NCBI GenBank assembly: GCA_964440195.1 | Contig: CAYTRP010000005.1 | Coordinates: 1,757-19,481, forward strand | DNA length: 17,725 nucleotides | Direction: 5' to 3' | DNA from: an uncultured Candidatus Sumerlaeota bacterium | GTDB taxonomy: Bacteria > Sumerlaeota > Sumerlaeia > SLMS01 > JAHLLQ01 | Shown: one piece after another, positions 15,163 to 17,725 of the stretch | Layout: every line of letters begins with the position of its first letter | How positions within the stretch are numbered: the first letter of the stretch is position 1 | Notes under the pieces: generated by a model | Seen by the model: the letters and a program-made list of their open reading frames with translations, nothing else | Databases searched by the model: none | What the model was told of the DNA's origin: nothing | Translations under genes and position numbers: made by a program

Positions 15163-17325
15163 GTGCCAGTCAAAACACGCGGCAAGGCTCCGAAGACCGG
15201 GGGGACGGTCTCGAAGCCGGGAAAACGAGCCGAAAAGACCACAAACCGCCTCCATCCGATCCAAGTGGAGTTCAGTTACCCCATTGGTTCGCTGGTGGAC
15301 ATGGAGTACCGGCTTCCGCCGGACCTCGCGGATGCGGACCTCGCGGAACTGCTCGACGATTATTCTTCTCCTCGCGAGTTCGAGGAGCGGCTTGCGGCGG
15401 TCTCCGCCCAGTTCAACCACGACACGATCTCGGGCAAGAGCCCGCGGGAACTGGAAATCAAGTTCATCCGGATCCTGGCCCGGCGCCTCGAAGCCGTTGC
15501 CGAGGTCCTGGCGGAGGCAAACGCGGAAAACTTCGGCGAGCGGGGCCCCGTTGCCTTCATGGGTCTCGGCCTGGACCCCGAGACGATCAACCGTGTCATC
15601 GAGTTGGATTACGAGACGGCCGACAACGTCTACAGCCGCATCACCAAGCTTTGGGAAAAAGGTCACATCACCCCGGTCGCGACGACGCCGTTTCACACAC
15701 TGCTCCCCCTGTACCAGCACGACTTCGAGATCCGCCTGCTGTGCCGCATCGCGCTCGAGTACTACTGGCCGGTGCTGAAAAAGTATAACCGGGCGGTGCT
15801 GCGCTCCCATGGGGAGAAGATGTTCGTGTGCGTCTTCTGGCTGCCCGAGGGGGCATACTCCGCGAAAGTCCTGCAGATCCTGCACGAGGAATTCACCAAG
15901 CTCTGCGAGGCCGAAGATCTTGGGCCCTCGCACCTTGTCCTGCTGCTCGATGCCGAGCAAAGCCGCGAGCGCGAGACGGACCTGCTGATGAAGCGCTGGA
16001 ACACCCTGCGCCCCGCGCCCACCACCCGCGACATCGTCTCCATCATTTACCGCGAGCGCCTGTTTAGCGACTGGGTCCTAGAGGGGCACCCCTCGACCAA
16101 GAAGCAGCTCGATCGCACCATTGCCAAGGTGGACGCCGCCCTTCGCGACCGGGGGATCGATCATCTGTGGTCGCACTTCGAGCCCCTGACCACGCTGCTT
16201 TCCACGTCCAAGAGCTGCGTGAACTTCGAGCAAAAGCTGATCAAGCTGACGGAACTCGGCTACCAGCCCTGCGGGCCGGACGTCTTCGTGCGGCGAAAAC
16301 TCCTGAAGCTGTACGGCATGGAGGACAACGAACCCCGCCGCACAACCCTCAGGGACATGACCAGTTGGAGCGCTTGCGCCGAGGATCCCGGCTCGATGGT
16401 GCGCTTCAGGGGGGTGGAGGAGTCGGGCGGATTCACGCCGAAGCGGGAACTCGGCCCCGAGCGCCCCTACGCGCGCAAGATGCCCGACGGAACAATCCGC
16501 CGGTCGCGCGGGAACCCCTGCTGGAAACCCGCCCTGCAGGCGGCGCTGCGAAACGTGCATCGCGCCATCGTCGGCGAGCCGAAGACCTTCATGGGCGGCA
16601 TGCTGGGCCTCTTCAGGCAGATCATCCCGATCCGCCGAGTCCCCGTCATGATGCGCAACGTGGAGGACTTCCTCATCCGCTACGCGCGCATTCATTGGAA
16701 GGAGCACTTCATTCACCACGTCTTCAGCGAAGCGGATATCCGGGTGGACGAGTACGCGGTCGAGACGCTGCTGGCCAACCTGCCCGAGGATGCGGAGCGC
16801 GACACGCTGGAGGAGAATGAACTGGTGACCTGCGGGGTTGCGGCCGAGGCGATCTACCTGGCGCACCACGGCCTTTCATCGATCCCCTTCCACGCGGAGC
16901 ACCTCGACCAGCGTGCCACCTGGCAGGCCGTCGCCATGATGACGTTGGCGGCGGTGCATGCCATTCACGCCCTCAAGTGGAACGGGATGAACGAGGAGGC
17001 GGATCGCCTGTTCGCCGTGTACAAGGAAGAGCTGCTTGGCTTTGGAAGCGCCTACCAGCGGCACGGCATTGCCGGCCTGGGGGTGGAGGAGAAAATGTGG
17101 AAGGCGACCATCAAGTCCCAGGTTGCCGACTCGGATCTGAACATTGTCGAGCGCGCCGCTCGCCGCGTGGGGGCAACCCACCTGCGCACCATTGGCTATC
17201 GCAAGGAATTCGACCGCGCCGACGAGCATATCTCGACGAACGTGGGGCATTTTTGGAGCACCGAAATCAACCATCCGAATCTCCAGTGGGAAAACGAGGC
17301 GTTTTGCGGGATGGTGGAAGAGTAA
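15163..17325 (+). CDS. GH57-family-like protein (720 aa) with a Lys-rich N-terminus
   Basis: FVCVFWLPEGAYS matches GH57 region 3 (WLPECAY), which carries the nucleophile Glu. TTPFHTLLPLY resembles region 1. The other GH57 regions were not confidently found. GTG 15163 follows GGGGGAAC; an alternative start is ATG 15301. Confidence 0.45.
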   Translation: MPVKTRGKAPKTGGTVSKPGKRAEKTTNRLHPIQVEFSYPIGSLVDMEYRLPPDLADADLAELLDDYSSPREFEERLAAVSAQFNHDTISGKSPRELEIKFIRILARRLEAVAEVLAEANAENFGERGPVAFMGLGLDPETINRVIELDYETADNVYSRITKLWEKGHITPVATTPFHTLLPLYQHDFEIRLLCRIALEYYWPVLKKYNRAVLRSHGEKMFVCVFWLPEGAYSAKVLQILHEEFTKLCEAEDLGPSHLVLLLDAEQSRERETDLLMKRWNTLRPAPTTRDIVSIIYRERLFSDWVLEGHPSTKKQLDRTIAKVDAALRDRGIDHLWSHFEPLTTLLSTSKSCVNFEQKLIKLTELGYQPCGPDVFVRRKLLKLYGMEDNEPRRTTLRDMTSWSACAEDPGSMVRFRGVEESGGFTPKRELGPERPYARKMPDGTIRRSRGNPCWKPALQAALRNVHRAIVGEPKTFMGGMLGLFRQIIPIRRVPVMMRNVEDFLIRYARIHWKEHFIHHVFSEADIRVDEYAVETLLANLPEDAERDTLEENELVTCGVAAEAIYLAHHGLSSIPFHAEHLDQRATWQAVAMMTLAAVHAIHALKWNGMNEEADRLFAVYKEELLGFGSAYQRHGIAGLGVEEKMWKATIKSQVADSDLNIVERAARRVGATHLRTIGYRKEFDRADEHISTNVGHFWSTEINHPNLQWENEAFCGMVEE

Positions 17326-17373
17326 CTTGGCCCGGGGTTTGTTCCAGTAGGCACCAGGACGGCGGATTGGCCG

Positions 17374-17395
17374 TTCCCAATTCGAATTCAGGGAA
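17374..17395. promoter_or_regulatory. Imperfect palindrome TTCCC-AATTCGAATT-CA-GGGAA upstream of the nfu-like gene
   Basis: The 10-bp perfect palindrome AATTCGAATT at 17379-17388 is flanked by TTCCC and GGGAA arms. The right arm overlaps the RBS of the 17405 gene. Confidence 0.25.
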
Positions 17396-17404
17396 GTCAC
17401 GACC

Positions 17405-17644
17405 ATGCCGATGACCATCGAACAGCAGGAATCCCGTGCGCGCGAAATCCTGGAACAGCTTCGTCCCTACCTTCAGGCGGACGGGGGCGATTGTGCCTTT
17501 GACCGCCTCGAGGATGGGATCGTCTATATCCAATTGAAGGGGGCGTGCGTGGGCTGCGCCTCCTCCCTGATGACACTCAAGATGGGGATTGAGCGGCGCA
17601 TCACCGACGAGATCCCCGATATCAAGGCGGTCGAGGCCGTGTGA
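17405..17644 (+). CDS. Nfu/NifU C-terminal-domain Fe-S cluster assembly/delivery protein
   Basis: LKGACVGCASSLMTLKMGIERRI is the CxxC motif of the NifU C-domain. RBS AGGGAAG. Confidence 0.7.
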   Translation: MPMTIEQQESRAREILEQLRPYLQADGGDCAFDRLEDGIVYIQLKGACVGCASSLMTLKMGIERRITDEIPDIKAVEAV

Positions 17645-17725
17645 AGTCCCTTGCCGCCCGGGCGCGGGGAATCCTCGCGCGCACCCTTGTGTTGCTGCTG
17701 ATCGCCATGGGACTCATCGCGGGAA
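17641..17725 (+). CDS. 3'-partial ORF, probably a membrane protein (VKSLAARARGILARTLVLLLIAMGLIAG...)
   Basis: GTG 17641 overlaps the preceding TGA (GTGA). A hydrophobic stretch follows. Only 28 codons are visible. Confidence 0.25.
   Translation, partial: MKSLAARARGILARTLVLLLIAMGLIAG

Noticed and set aside
17379-17388. A tRNA-like T-loop (TTCGAAT) suggesting a tRNA gene
   Set aside because: There is no acceptor-stem or anticodon-arm complementarity around it. It is a simple palindrome in a 5' UTR.
1-17725. CRISPR arrays, IS elements/transposases, integrases, rRNA
   Set aside because: No spaced direct repeats, no terminal inverted repeats flanking a transposase-like ORF, and no recognisable recombinase or rRNA sequence were seen anywhere in the window.

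Overview
This is a high-GC window (G+C judged by eye at roughly 65%; third codon positions are about 80% G/C in confident genes) of bacterial chromosomal DNA. There are no rRNA or tRNA genes, no CRISPR array and no transposase. Gene content is as follows.

- **Plus strand, 2-2189:** a 5'-truncated cupin-motif protein, a frameshifted lipoprotein paralog of it, and a membrane-anchored hypothetical protein.
- **Minus strand, 10315 down to 2306:** an ~8 kb, nine-gene, tightly coupled operon. In transcription order it encodes an amidohydrolase-superfamily protein, a ~12-TM membrane protein, four polytopic membrane proteins forming a tandem duplicated pair (B2-A2-B1-A1) that I cannot place in any known family, a secreted SGNH/GDSL-type hydrolase, and a DUF3144-like protein with a His-rich tail. 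Most junctions are 4-bp ATGA overlaps.
- **Plus strand, 10542-13513:** an operon of an SPFH/band-7 protein, a TusA-like sulfur carrier, a ThiF/MoeB-type E1 adenylyltransferase and a PIG-L/LmbE-family deacetylase.
- **Remaining genes:** a convergent 77-aa acidic small protein on the minus strand, then on the plus strand recF, a 720-aa GH57-like protein, an Nfu/NifU-C-domain Fe-S protein, and the first codons of a membrane protein.

The best candidate for an undescribed system is the A/B/A/B membrane-protein module and the operon around it. Many long ORFs in the six-frame track are shadow frames typical of GC-rich DNA and were not called.
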